Of a stretch of 64,000 nt of DNA, positions 54,251-63,210 are shown one piece after another (the first letter of the stretch is position 1; each line of letters starts with the position of its first letter). The stretch lies in NCBI GenBank assembly GCA_003243965.1, contig QHBO01000045.1:38552-102551 (forward strand), read 5' to 3'. Made by a program: the position numbers and the translations under genes. The notes under the pieces are model-generated. The model searched no databases. It was not told where the DNA came from and saw only the letters and a program-made list of their open reading frames with translations. The stretch comes from Chloroflexota bacterium. Its GTDB lineage: Bacteria > Chloroflexota > Limnocylindria > QHBO01.

Positions 54251-55822
54251 ATGAGCAACCGCTTCCGTCTCTGCATGGCGACGCTCGTCACCGTTGCGCT
54301 CAGCGCATCGGTCCCGGCGGTCGCCGCCGCGTCCGACACGAAGACCGCCGATTCGGCGGCGCTGCGGACCTGGGCCGCCGACACCTGGCGCTCGTTCGAC
54401 GCCATGGTCGCGCCGCGCACCGGCCTGCCGGCCGATCACATCGACGGCTCGCTGAGCCGTTCGAGCGCATCCCGCTACACCTCACCGACGAACATCGGCA
54501 TGTACATCTGGGCAACCGTCGCTGCTCGCGACCTGGGGCTGATCACCGCCGGGCAGGCGCGCACCCGCCTCGCCAAGACGCTCGGCACGCTCGCGCACAT
54601 GGCGCGCCACCCGGCCTCGGGCATGTTCTACAACTGGTACGACCCACGCACCGGCGCAAAGATCACGACTTGGCCCGAGCCACCCAACAATCCGGTGGAG
54701 CCGTTCCTGTCGAGCGTCGATAACGGCTGGCTCGCATCGGCGCTGATCATGGTCGCCAACGCCGAGCCGCGGCTCCACGCACGGGCGTGGGCGCTGGTGA
54801 CCAAGATGGATTTCGGGTTCTATTACGACCCGAACGGCAACCCGGACGCGAACACCGGGCTCATCCGGGGCGGCTTCTGGGATCAGAAACCAGCCGGCTG
54901 CTCGGTGCAGGGCAACTATCGCGGACGCGGCCCGGACGTGTACTACACGTGCCACCACTACGGGTCGTTCAACACCGAGCCGCGGATCGCGTCCTACATC
55001 GGCATCGCGCTGGGCCAGATCCCCGCGGACCACTACTTCGGCGGCTGGCGCACGTTCCCCAACACCTGCGACTGGAGTTGGCCGGAGATGCGTCCCGAGG
55101 GCGGTTGGCGTGATTACGTGGCCAACGGCAAGACGGTGCATGTCTTCGAAGGAACGTACCGCTACGCCGACAAGCGATTCGTGCCGACCTGGGGGGGCAG
55201 CATGTTCGAGGCGCTGATGGTCCCGCTGGTGGTCCCGGAGGAGCAATGGGGCACGAACAGCTGGGCTCGCACTCACCCGCTGTACGTCGAGGCACAGCAG
55301 CAGTACGGCCTCGCCGAGGCGAAGTACGGGTACTGGGGGTTCTCGCCGTCCAGCGATCCCGCCGGAGGCTACCGCGAGTACGGGGTTGACGCGCTCGGCA
55401 TGGAGCCGAACGGCTACACCTCGGACGCGGCCCGCCGGACGCTCGTCGACTACGGCTGGAACGATCCGGCATGCCCGCGTGCCCCTGCACCGATCACCGA
55501 CTACGACGGCGGAGTGGTGACACCCCACGCCAGCTTCCTTGCGCTCGACTTCGACCGGATCGGATCGATGGCCAACCTGCGCGCCCTGCGAGCCGGCTTC
55601 CCTGGCCTCTATGGCCGCGGTGGCTTCAAGGACGCCGTCAACGTGTCGACCGGCCAGGTGGCCGATCGGTACCTGTCGCTCGACCAGGGGATGGTGATGG
55701 CTGCCATCGCCAACGAGCTGACCGGTGACCGCTTCCAGCGTTACGTCGCGACCACGCTGGAGCCGACCCTCCGCCCGCTGATGGCAATGGAGGTGTTCAA
55801 CGCCGGCCGCGTCGGCCCGTGA
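54251..55822 (+). CDS. secreted hypothetical protein, possibly a glycoside hydrolase-like (DUF3131-like) enzyme
   Basis: Signal peptide (MATLVTVALSASVPAVAAAS), 523 aa, Trp/Tyr-rich. It sits between the sugar ABC permeases and the GH39 gene. GGAGGG RBS. Family assignment is tentative. Confidence 0.45.
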   Translation: MSNRFRLCMATLVTVALSASVPAVAAASDTKTADSAALRTWAADTWRSFDAMVAPRTGLPADHIDGSLSRSSASRYTSPTNIGMYIWATVAARDLGLITAGQARTRLAKTLGTLAHMARHPASGMFYNWYDPRTGAKITTWPEPPNNPVEPFLSSVDNGWLASALIMVANAEPRLHARAWALVTKMDFGFYYDPNGNPDANTGLIRGGFWDQKPAGCSVQGNYRGRGPDVYYTCHHYGSFNTEPRIASYIGIALGQIPADHYFGGWRTFPNTCDWSWPEMRPEGGWRDYVANGKTVHVFEGTYRYADKRFVPTWGGSMFEALMVPLVVPEEQWGTNSWARTHPLYVEAQQQYGLAEAKYGYWGFSPSSDPAGGYREYGVDALGMEPNGYTSDAARRTLVDYGWNDPACPRAPAPITDYDGGVVTPHASFLALDFDRIGSMANLRALRAGFPGLYGRGGFKDAVNVSTGQVADRYLSLDQGMVMAAIANELTGDRFQRYVATTLEPTLRPLMAMEVFNAGRVGP

Positions 55823-57693
55823 GCAACGCCCGGCGGGACTGGCAGCAGCGGATCCATCTCCGCAGCGACACCGGCGGCGAGGCCGCACCGTACCTCGACG
55901 CGCCCACCGGATTGCAGGCCTCGTCGGGCCGCGGCCAGGTCACCCTGTCGTGGTCTCCCGTTCGCGGCGCGGTGGGCTATGTCGTTCTGCGCGCTGCAAC
56001 GGCGGCAGGCCCCTACCAGCCGGTCGATACCGGCCGGCCCGACGTCATGGCCGTGCCCGCTCCCCCATTCGCCGACACCACCGCGCCGGTCGATGCGGGA
56101 GCCTGGTACGTCGTGGCTGGGATCTCGGTGGCCGGCAACGGCCCCGGTTATCCCGGTGCGATGGGCGCGCGCAGCGAGCCCACCTGCGCCGCGCCGTGGG
56201 CCAAAGGCGGCGCGCTCGCATCGGTCCGCGTGACGGTCGACGCGTCGCAGCCGGCCGGTGCGCTCGACCGTCCGTGGCGACCGGTCATCGGCTCAGAGCA
56301 CCTTTCCCAGCTGCACTACGACGGAGCGCCGGGCGACGTGAACATCGGGCAGGAGTTCGGGGAGGCACTCCGGTTGGCGCATGCGGAGCTCGGCGTCGGC
56401 GCGGTGCGTGCCCACGCGATCCTCCACGATGAGCTCGCCGTCTACCGCGAGCTCGACGGGCAGCCGGTCCACGACTTCGCCGGGATCGACCGCGTCTACG
56501 ACACCCTCCTGGCACTCGGCCTGCGTCCGGTCGTGGAGCTGTCGTTCATGCCCGCCGCGTTGGCAGCAGATCCTGGCAAGACGGTCTTCGTCTACCAGGC
56601 GCACGTATCGCCACCGCGCGACTGGGATCGCTGGGAGGCGCTCGTCGGCGACCTCGTGGCGCACCTGGTGGATCGCTACGGACGCGACGAGGTCCGAAGC
56701 TGGGCCTTCGAGGTCTGGAACGAGCCGAATCTCGCGGTCTTCTGGAGCGGGACGCGGGAGGAGTATCTGCGCCTGTACCAAACGACCGCCCGCGCCGTGA
56801 AATCGGTCGACCCGGGGATCCGCATCGCCGGACCGGCATCGGCGGCGGCGGGCTGGATCGATGAGCTTCTCGCCTTCTGCGCGGAGACCGGCACGCCGCT
56901 GGACATCCTGACCACCCACACGTACGGCAACCTGCCCCTCGACCTTCGGGATGCGCTCGAGCGCCACGGCTTCCCGCGCGACCTTCCGATCTGGTGGACG
57001 GAGTGGGGCGTGAACGCGACGCACTTCAATCCGCTCCACGATTCGCCATTCGCTGCGGCGTTCCTGGTCAGCGGCATGGCCGGCGTCATGGGCCGACTGG
57101 AGTCGCTTGCCTACTGGGTCGTGAGCGATCACTTCGAGGAGCTCGGGCGACCGACGGCACTGCTCCACGGGGGGTTCGGCCTGCTGTCGGTCGGCAACCT
57201 GCGCAAGCCGCGGTGGTGGGCGCTGCACATGCTCGAGTCGCTCGGCGACGAGCGTGTCTGTGTCGAGGTCGAGGGGGACGGGGCGCGTTCGCTCGTGGAC
57301 GGAATCGCCACGCGCCTACCCGGCGGCGGCCTGCGGGTCCTCGTCTGGAACGCGACGATCGACCACGCCAAGGCGAACGGTGATCCGCTGCTCGACCGCC
57401 GCCTCCTTCTCTCCCTCCGCGGCCTGGCCGATGGGCCCTGGACCGTGCGCCACTACCGCGTCGATGAGCAGCACTCGAATATCGCGCGCGAGTGGCGCGC
57501 GATGGCCAACGGCCGCGACTGGCCCGACGAGGCAACCTGGGCGGAGCTGCGTCGCCGCAACCTACTCGAGGAGCTCGAGCCGATGCGGACCGTCGAGACG
57601 CGGGCGGGTGCGGTTGATCTCGCCTTCGACCTGCCGATGCCGGCCGTCTCGCTGCTCGATCTCACGCCACCGGCCGGTTCGCCTGCCGCGTGA
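55819..57693 (+). CDS. glycoside hydrolase family 39 (beta-xylosidase-like) protein with an N-terminal Ig/FN3-like domain
   Basis: GH-A clan motifs: WAFEVWNEPNL (acid/base Glu in NEP) and IWWTEWGVN (nucleophile Glu). The GTG start overlaps the upstream stop (GTGA). Confidence 0.75.
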   Translation: MSNARRDWQQRIHLRSDTGGEAAPYLDAPTGLQASSGRGQVTLSWSPVRGAVGYVVLRAATAAGPYQPVDTGRPDVMAVPAPPFADTTAPVDAGAWYVVAGISVAGNGPGYPGAMGARSEPTCAAPWAKGGALASVRVTVDASQPAGALDRPWRPVIGSEHLSQLHYDGAPGDVNIGQEFGEALRLAHAELGVGAVRAHAILHDELAVYRELDGQPVHDFAGIDRVYDTLLALGLRPVVELSFMPAALAADPGKTVFVYQAHVSPPRDWDRWEALVGDLVAHLVDRYGRDEVRSWAFEVWNEPNLAVFWSGTREEYLRLYQTTARAVKSVDPGIRIAGPASAAAGWIDELLAFCAETGTPLDILTTHTYGNLPLDLRDALERHGFPRDLPIWWTEWGVNATHFNPLHDSPFAAAFLVSGMAGVMGRLESLAYWVVSDHFEELGRPTALLHGGFGLLSVGNLRKPRWWALHMLESLGDERVCVEVEGDGARSLVDGIATRLPGGGLRVLVWNATIDHAKANGDPLLDRRLLLSLRGLADGPWTVRHYRVDEQHSNIAREWRAMANGRDWPDEATWAELRRRNLLEELEPMRTVETRAGAVDLAFDLPMPAVSLLDLTPPAGSPAA

Positions 57694-58936
57694 CCGGCGC
57701 GGTCGGCCTGCACCGCGGGCGTACCCCCACCGGCTCGGGGTGCCGCGTGCGGCCCGAATCGGCCGCGTGCTGCGCGGCGATCGCTGTTGACAGGCTTCCG
57801 TACATGTCCGCACCGCTGACCGCCGGCGACCGTCCGCCGCGCACCGCCTCGACCAGGTCGGCCACGCCGGCACGCACACTCTCGCGATAGACGGCGGTCT
57901 TGGCCGCTTCGCCCCCGAGCGTGGCCCGGATCTCGACGCGTTGAGTCACCCGGCGCGCGGTGTCCCGGGCGCGCCACATGTCGGCGTTGCGGAGCTCCGT
58001 GACGTGCAGATCGATCGCCTCGCGGCCGGAGGGTCGCACGTGCGGAACGCCCAGCGCCGCGGCCGGATCGGCGAGCAACCGTTCGAGGAGGGAGGCGCCG
58101 TCCGCATCGGTCCACGATTCAAGATCGAGCTCGACCGGGATCCAGCCACGCAGCTGGCCACGCGCAAAGCCCCAGTCGAGGAGGATGGCCTGGTATTCGC
58201 CCCGGTCGGGATGGGTGAAGGCGTGGTGATAGCTCGCCGTGCCGCCGCCCGGATGGACGCTGCTGGCGACAACCGTGTCGACCGCGCCGGCGGCACCTAC
58301 GACCTGAAGCGCCTGGATGACGAGCGGCTGGCTCTCGTACAGCCAGGCGGCGGCGTCGAAGAAGTGGACACCGTGTTCGACGAAGATGCCGCCACTCTGG
58401 TCGCGTTCCCAGAACCAGTGGCCCGCCGGCAGCTGCTCGTCGCCGGCGAGGTTCTCGAGCGCAAAGCGCTGCAGCGCCCCGAGCACAGCGCTGCCGTCTG
58501 CGCGTTGCAGCGCCTGGAGCCGGCGCAGCAGCCAGTACAGCGGGTTCCATCGCATGACGTAGTCGACCGTGACACGCGTGCCGAGTCGCTCGGACGCCTC
58601 GAGGGCCGAGCGCGCGGCCGCGAGATCGGTGGCCAGCGGCTTCTCGCAAAACACGTGCTTTCCGGCCTCCGCCGCGGCGCGGAGCATCGGTCCGTGGGTC
58701 ACCGGAGGCGTGGAGATGATGACGACGTCCACCGCAGCCATCGCGATCAGCGTCTCGAAATCGCGCACCGTCCGGGCGTCGTGCGCGATGGCGAGGTCCG
58801 ATGCCCGCTCCGAATCGACGTCGGTGACCGCAACGACAGCAGCGTCCGGCAGGTCGGCGATCGCCGCGAGGCAGAACGCTCCGAATCGGCCGCAGCCGAC
58901 GAGCCCAAGGCCGAGTGGCGCGTGCGGGCCACTCAC
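57662..58936 (-). CDS. Gfo/Idh/MocA-family NAD(P)-dependent oxidoreductase
   Basis: The GTG start 58936 overlaps the GH130 stop (GTGA). Rossmann motif LGLGLVGCGRFGAF with the family helix (VFCEKPLA). The long Arg-rich N-terminus in the ORF track was rejected. The 3' end overlaps the GH39 3' end by ~32 bp. Confidence 0.7.
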   Translation of the reverse strand: MSGPHAPLGLGLVGCGRFGAFCLAAIADLPDAAVVAVTDVDSERASDLAIAHDARTVRDFETLIAMAAVDVVIISTPPVTHGPMLRAAAEAGKHVFCEKPLATDLAAARSALEASERLGTRVTVDYVMRWNPLYWLLRRLQALQRADGSAVLGALQRFALENLAGDEQLPAGHWFWERDQSGGIFVEHGVHFFDAAAWLYESQPLVIQALQVVGAAGAVDTVVASSVHPGGGTASYHHAFTHPDRGEYQAILLDWGFARGQLRGWIPVELDLESWTDADGASLLERLLADPAAALGVPHVRPSGREAIDLHVTELRNADMWRARDTARRVTQRVEIRATLGGEAAKTAVYRESVRAGVADLVEAVRGGRSPAVSGADMYGSLSTAIAAQHAADSGRTRHPEPVGVRPRCRPTAPVTRQANRPVA

Positions 58937-60045
58937 GCCTGGGGTCCGGTGCGACTCAGGCGGGCGACGCCGATCCGCGAGTCGGCCATTCCGTAGTACA
59001 CCTCGTAGGCCGCGGAGCCGTCCCCCTCCACGCGTTCGATGGCCGTCGGGAACACAACGTTCGGCACGGTCCCGCTCCGCTCTTCGGGCAGCTCGGGCTC
59101 GAGGAGCGGGCGCGGAGAGCGGGCCACGACGCGCGTCACATCGGAGGCATCCAGGACGAGCGCGCCGGCCGAGTAGCGCACGTCCGGCTGAAGCTGCCAG
59201 CCCCGGACGAGCGTGCCGCTGACGCCGTGATACAGCAGCAGCCAGCCCTCGGGGATGCGGATCGGCGGTGCCCCACCTCCGATCTTGAGTGCCTCCCAGG
59301 CGTGCTCGGGGAGCGCGACGACGTGGTGCTCCTCGAGGCGGGCGAGCGCTCGCACATCGGCCTCGACGGCGGCCGCGTCGACGAAGCTCACCCAGATTCC
59401 CGGCCGTGGATCGGCGAGACCAGCCGGCAGCCGGTCTCCCTCCCCCGCGCGGGCGACCCACAGATCCCACATCGGCCGGTGCAGCACGGCATACCCGAGC
59501 TTGCCGTCCGGCTTGGGCACCGGCTCCGGGAAGAGGAGCGCATCCTTGTTGGGGTACAGGTTCAGATCGGTTGCCAGCCGCGGGTCGTAGGCGAACGAGA
59601 CCGGCCCGAGCCGCTCCCAGCGCTCCAGGTCGGCGGATGATGCGAGACCGATGCGCGGCCCCAGCGGACCGAAGGCGACATAGGTCATGATCCAGCGGCC
59701 GAGGCGCGGCAGGTAGGTGATCCGCGGGTCCTCGACTCCCCCGCCCCCGGCGTGGAGCTCCCAGGCATCCTGAGGCTCGAGGACCACACCGAGGCGCTCG
59801 ACGTCGAACGGGATCCCCGCCTGATCGCGGATGACGCGCGCACGCCCGATCCGCGAGTAGTTGCCCTCCGCCACCAGGCGCGGGAACAGGTAGACCTCGT
59901 CTCCCTTGCGGGCGGAGGCAGGGTTCAGCACTCCCCAGGCCTCGAGCGGTGCGTCCGGGAGGGGCGCCATGACCACCCCGAGCCGCTCGAGCCCGAAGGG
60001 AACGGTGCCGATCGTCCCGTCCTGGGTTCGCGGGGACGCGGTCAT
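58933..60045 (-). CDS. glycoside hydrolase family 130 (beta-mannoside phosphorylase/glycosidase, DUF377) protein
   Basis: 370 aa from ATG 60045. GH130 beta-propeller pattern (VLNPASARKGDEVYLFPRLVAEGNYSRIGRARV ... DPRITYL ... WLLLYHGV). Confidence 0.7.
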   Translation of the reverse strand: MTASPRTQDGTIGTVPFGLERLGVVMAPLPDAPLEAWGVLNPASARKGDEVYLFPRLVAEGNYSRIGRARVIRDQAGIPFDVERLGVVLEPQDAWELHAGGGGVEDPRITYLPRLGRWIMTYVAFGPLGPRIGLASSADLERWERLGPVSFAYDPRLATDLNLYPNKDALLFPEPVPKPDGKLGYAVLHRPMWDLWVARAGEGDRLPAGLADPRPGIWVSFVDAAAVEADVRALARLEEHHVVALPEHAWEALKIGGGAPPIRIPEGWLLLYHGVSGTLVRGWQLQPDVRYSAGALVLDASDVTRVVARSPRPLLEPELPEERSGTVPNVVFPTAIERVEGDGSAAYEVYYGMADSRIGVARLSRTGPQA

Positions 60046-60070
60046 CGGCCTGCGACGGCCCGCAGCTGAC

Positions 60071-60967
60071 TCATCCCTTGACGCCGGACCCGAGGTTGGA
60101 CTGGATGAACTGGCGCTGGAAGACGACGAACACCACGACGGCCGGGACGGCGAGCACCACCGCTCCTGCGAGGATCGAGCCGAACGGGTTCGCAGCCCGC
60201 GCCGCAACCGTCGAGATGTAATTGGCGAGCGCGACGGCCAGCGGCTGGAGGTCGTGCTGCTTGGTGATCAGGAACGGCCACAGGAACTCGTTCCAGGGCC
60301 CGATGAACGTGACGATCAAGGCTGTGATGATCGCCGGTTGCGCGAGCGGGACCGCGATCCGGCGCAGGATCATGAACTCGGAGGCGCCGTCGATACGCGC
60401 CGACTCGAACAGCTCGCGGGGCAGCTGCAGGAAGAATTGGCGGAAGATGAACACCGCCGTCGCGTTGACCGCAAAGGGCAGGATCATCCCGAGGTAGCTG
60501 TCTGACAGGCCGTAGGTGCGCACGATCAGCACGTAGAGCGGGATCATGAACAGCTGGAATGGCAGCACCAGGATCAGCAACATGAGGTTGAACACCAGGC
60601 TGCGACCGCGAAACTCCAGCTGGGCCAGCGCGTAGCCGGCCAGCAGACCGATGACGAAGGTGGCCAGCAGCACGCCGCCGGTGAAAATCCCCGAGTTGAT
60701 CAGCGTCCGGACCAGGTCGACCTGGGCGTTGATGTCCACGAAGTTGGCGAGCGTCAGGTTCGCCGGATTCGGAAAGGCACCCGAGATGTCGGTCTGTGGC
60801 GCCCGCTGGAGCGCTCCGACCACCATGTAGTAGAAGGGGAAGAGGAAGACGAGGGCGCCGAGGACCAGAACGACCAGCCCCGCCACCCTGCCCCAGGAAA
60901 CGCCACGGCTGGATTGCGGCGCGGCGACGCGCGGCGAGCCGCGATCGCTCCCGACCGGAGTGGTCAT
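60071..60967 (-). CDS. ABC sugar permease (MalG-like)
   Basis: 6 TM helices and an EAA loop (LPRELFESARIDGASEF). Confidence 0.85.
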   Translation of the reverse strand: MTTPVGSDRGSPRVAAPQSSRGVSWGRVAGLVVLVLGALVFLFPFYYMVVGALQRAPQTDISGAFPNPANLTLANFVDINAQVDLVRTLINSGIFTGGVLLATFVIGLLAGYALAQLEFRGRSLVFNLMLLILVLPFQLFMIPLYVLIVRTYGLSDSYLGMILPFAVNATAVFIFRQFFLQLPRELFESARIDGASEFMILRRIAVPLAQPAIITALIVTFIGPWNEFLWPFLITKQHDLQPLAVALANYISTVAARAANPFGSILAGAVVLAVPAVVVFVVFQRQFIQSNLGSGVKG

Positions 60968-60970
60968 CGG

Positions 60971-61879
60971 TTACTCCCTCTCGAGCACGAAGCGATTGAC
61001 CGCAGAGATCGCCATCACCGCGATCGCCAGGACCGCTCCGATGGCGGCGGCGTATCCCGCGTGACCCTGCTCGATCCCCTGCCGGTACATCAGCAGCACG
61101 GGTGACATGGATGCCCCGTCCGGTCCGCCGCCGCCGGTCAGCAGGTAGGGCTCGGTGAAGAGGTTCGCCCCGACGATGGTGGCCAGGATGACGACCAGGG
61201 TGGTCGCCGGGCGCACCCCGGGCACAGTGATGGTCATGAACCGCCGCACGACGCCGGCGCCATCGACCTCTGCCGCCTCGTACAGCTCCTTGGGGATGTT
61301 CTGCAGCGCGGCGAGGTACAGCAGCACGTAGAAGCCGAGCTGTTTCCAGGTCACCACCAGGGCGATGATCGGCATCGCCCAGAACTCGTTGACCAGCCAC
61401 GACGGATTGGGGGCCAGCGGGCCGAAGACGCCGTTGAGTAGGCCGCCGCCGGAGAAGAGCCAGAGCCAGACGCCGATGACCGCGACGCTGGCGGTCACAT
61501 ACGGGATGTAGTAGCTGGTACGGAAGAAGGCCCGGAACGGCAATCGGGCATTGAGGGCCGACGCCAGCACCAACGAGAGCGCCACCGTCAGCGGCACGTT
61601 GATGATGATGAACTCCGCCACGTTGAGCAGCGCGCGCTGGAAGACCGGGTCGCCAAGGATCTGGGCGTAGTTGCGCAACCCGACGAACGGGCGGTCAACC
61701 TCCGCCCCGGGGGCGGCGAAGAAGTAGTCGAAGAACGAGATGTAGATGGCCAGCAGCAGCGGGTACGCAAACAGGCCGGCCAAGAAAAGGACGTAGGGGC
61801 CGATGAATGCGTAACCGATCGGGTCGCGCCCGATCCATGTGCGCAACCGGCCCCCGCGTCGGGCGGACACGACCGCCAT
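60971..61879 (-). CDS. ABC sugar permease (MalF-like)
   Basis: 6 TM helices and an EAA loop (LQNIPKELYEAAEVDGAG). Start taken as ATG 61879 to avoid overlapping the SBP gene. Confidence 0.8.
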   Translation of the reverse strand: MAVVSARRGGRLRTWIGRDPIGYAFIGPYVLFLAGLFAYPLLLAIYISFFDYFFAAPGAEVDRPFVGLRNYAQILGDPVFQRALLNVAEFIIINVPLTVALSLVLASALNARLPFRAFFRTSYYIPYVTASVAVIGVWLWLFSGGGLLNGVFGPLAPNPSWLVNEFWAMPIIALVVTWKQLGFYVLLYLAALQNIPKELYEAAEVDGAGVVRRFMTITVPGVRPATTLVVILATIVGANLFTEPYLLTGGGGPDGASMSPVLLMYRQGIEQGHAGYAAAIGAVLAIAVMAISAVNRFVLERE

Positions 61880-61883
61880 GCCG

Positions 61884-63188
61884 TCAGCCCCCGCTAACCA
61901 GCGACTTGATCTTGTCAGCCGCCTCCTTGAACGCCTGGTCGATCGGTTTCTTGCCAAAGATCACCGATTCGCTGTAGGACGTCCGGAAGGTCTGCCACAT
62001 CTCGACCGAGTTCGGCACGCTCGGCACCTCCACGGTCCGGTTCGCCTGATCGGCGAACAGCTTGTACTCCGGGTGAGAGGTGAAGTAGTCCGGATAGGTG
62101 CCAGCCACATCGGCGCGCATCGGCATCTGACCGGTCAGCGTGAGCAGCTGTCCGTCGTTCTCCTTGCTCGTCGCAAACTTCAGGAAGTCCCAGGCGGTGC
62201 CGCGGTTCTTGCAACTGCTGTACATGCCGATGGACTTCTCGTCGCTGAAGGTGTGGATGTCCTTGGGATCCTTCCCATCCTTGGTCGGCACCGGCACGGC
62301 GCCCCACTGGACCTTGCCGCCGTAGACCGCGATGGCCCACGGTCCGACGATCGCCATTGCCGCCTTCTGTTCGCCGAACGAGTCTCCCTGGTACGCCTCC
62401 TTGGGTGCCAGGTTCTGCTCGTACAGGCTCTTCCAGAAGTTCGCGACGGCGACGCCATCGGCGCCGGTGAACTGCGGCTCGCCCTTCTCGACCAGCTGCT
62501 TGCCGCCGGTCTGGGCGATGAACAGCGGGTAGTAGTCGAACCACGGCTGATAGAACTCCGAGGTCGGCGACGGCCAGATTGCCGCCTTGACGCCACCCTT
62601 GGCCACCACGGTCTTGGCGGTCGCCAGGAACTCATCGTAGGTCTTCAGCGGGGGGTTGTCGGTGGCGATGCCTGCCTTGGCGAAGACCGTCTTGTTGTAG
62701 AAGATCATCACCGGGTTCGTCTTCCAGGGCATCTGGTAGAACTTGCCGTCGGTGAACTTGTACTGGTCAGCCCGATCGGCGGTGCGGGCCTTGATGTAGC
62801 TGGCCGCGTCGGGGAAGTCGTCGAGCGCCACCAGGCCGCCCTGCTTCTTGAACTGCGGCACCGCCGCCGGCGCGGTGTTGAAGATCAGGCACGGCGTGTT
62901 GCCCGCCGTGATCGAGGCGCCGATGACCTCCTCAGAGCTCTTGCCGGCGGGGATCTCCTCCCCGGTGACCTGCTCGTTGGGGTGACCCTTATTCCAGGCC
63001 GCGACCACGGCCTTGCCCCAGGCGACCTCCTCCTTGTTGTTCGAGTACCAGATCTTGATTGGGCCCTTCGCGCTGGCTGCGCTGGCGGGCGCTCCACTCC
63101 CGCCGCCACCGGTGCAGGCGGCGAGGAGCAGAACCAATGCGCTGGAGATACTTGCAAACCGGAACGAAGCGCGAAACATGAGCAACAC
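61884..63188 (-). CDS. ABC transporter sugar-binding lipoprotein (SBP family 1)
   Basis: Lipoprotein signal (ALVLLLAACTGG) and an SBP_bac_1 domain. Confidence 0.85.
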   Translation of the reverse strand: MLLMFRASFRFASISSALVLLLAACTGGGGSGAPASAASAKGPIKIWYSNNKEEVAWGKAVVAAWNKGHPNEQVTGEEIPAGKSSEEVIGASITAGNTPCLIFNTAPAAVPQFKKQGGLVALDDFPDAASYIKARTADRADQYKFTDGKFYQMPWKTNPVMIFYNKTVFAKAGIATDNPPLKTYDEFLATAKTVVAKGGVKAAIWPSPTSEFYQPWFDYYPLFIAQTGGKQLVEKGEPQFTGADGVAVANFWKSLYEQNLAPKEAYQGDSFGEQKAAMAIVGPWAIAVYGGKVQWGAVPVPTKDGKDPKDIHTFSDEKSIGMYSSCKNRGTAWDFLKFATSKENDGQLLTLTGQMPMRADVAGTYPDYFTSHPEYKLFADQANRTVEVPSVPNSVEMWQTFRTSYSESVIFGKKPIDQAFKEAADKIKSLVSGG

Positions 63189-63210
63189 CTCTCCTCGATT
63201 CGACCGCTAT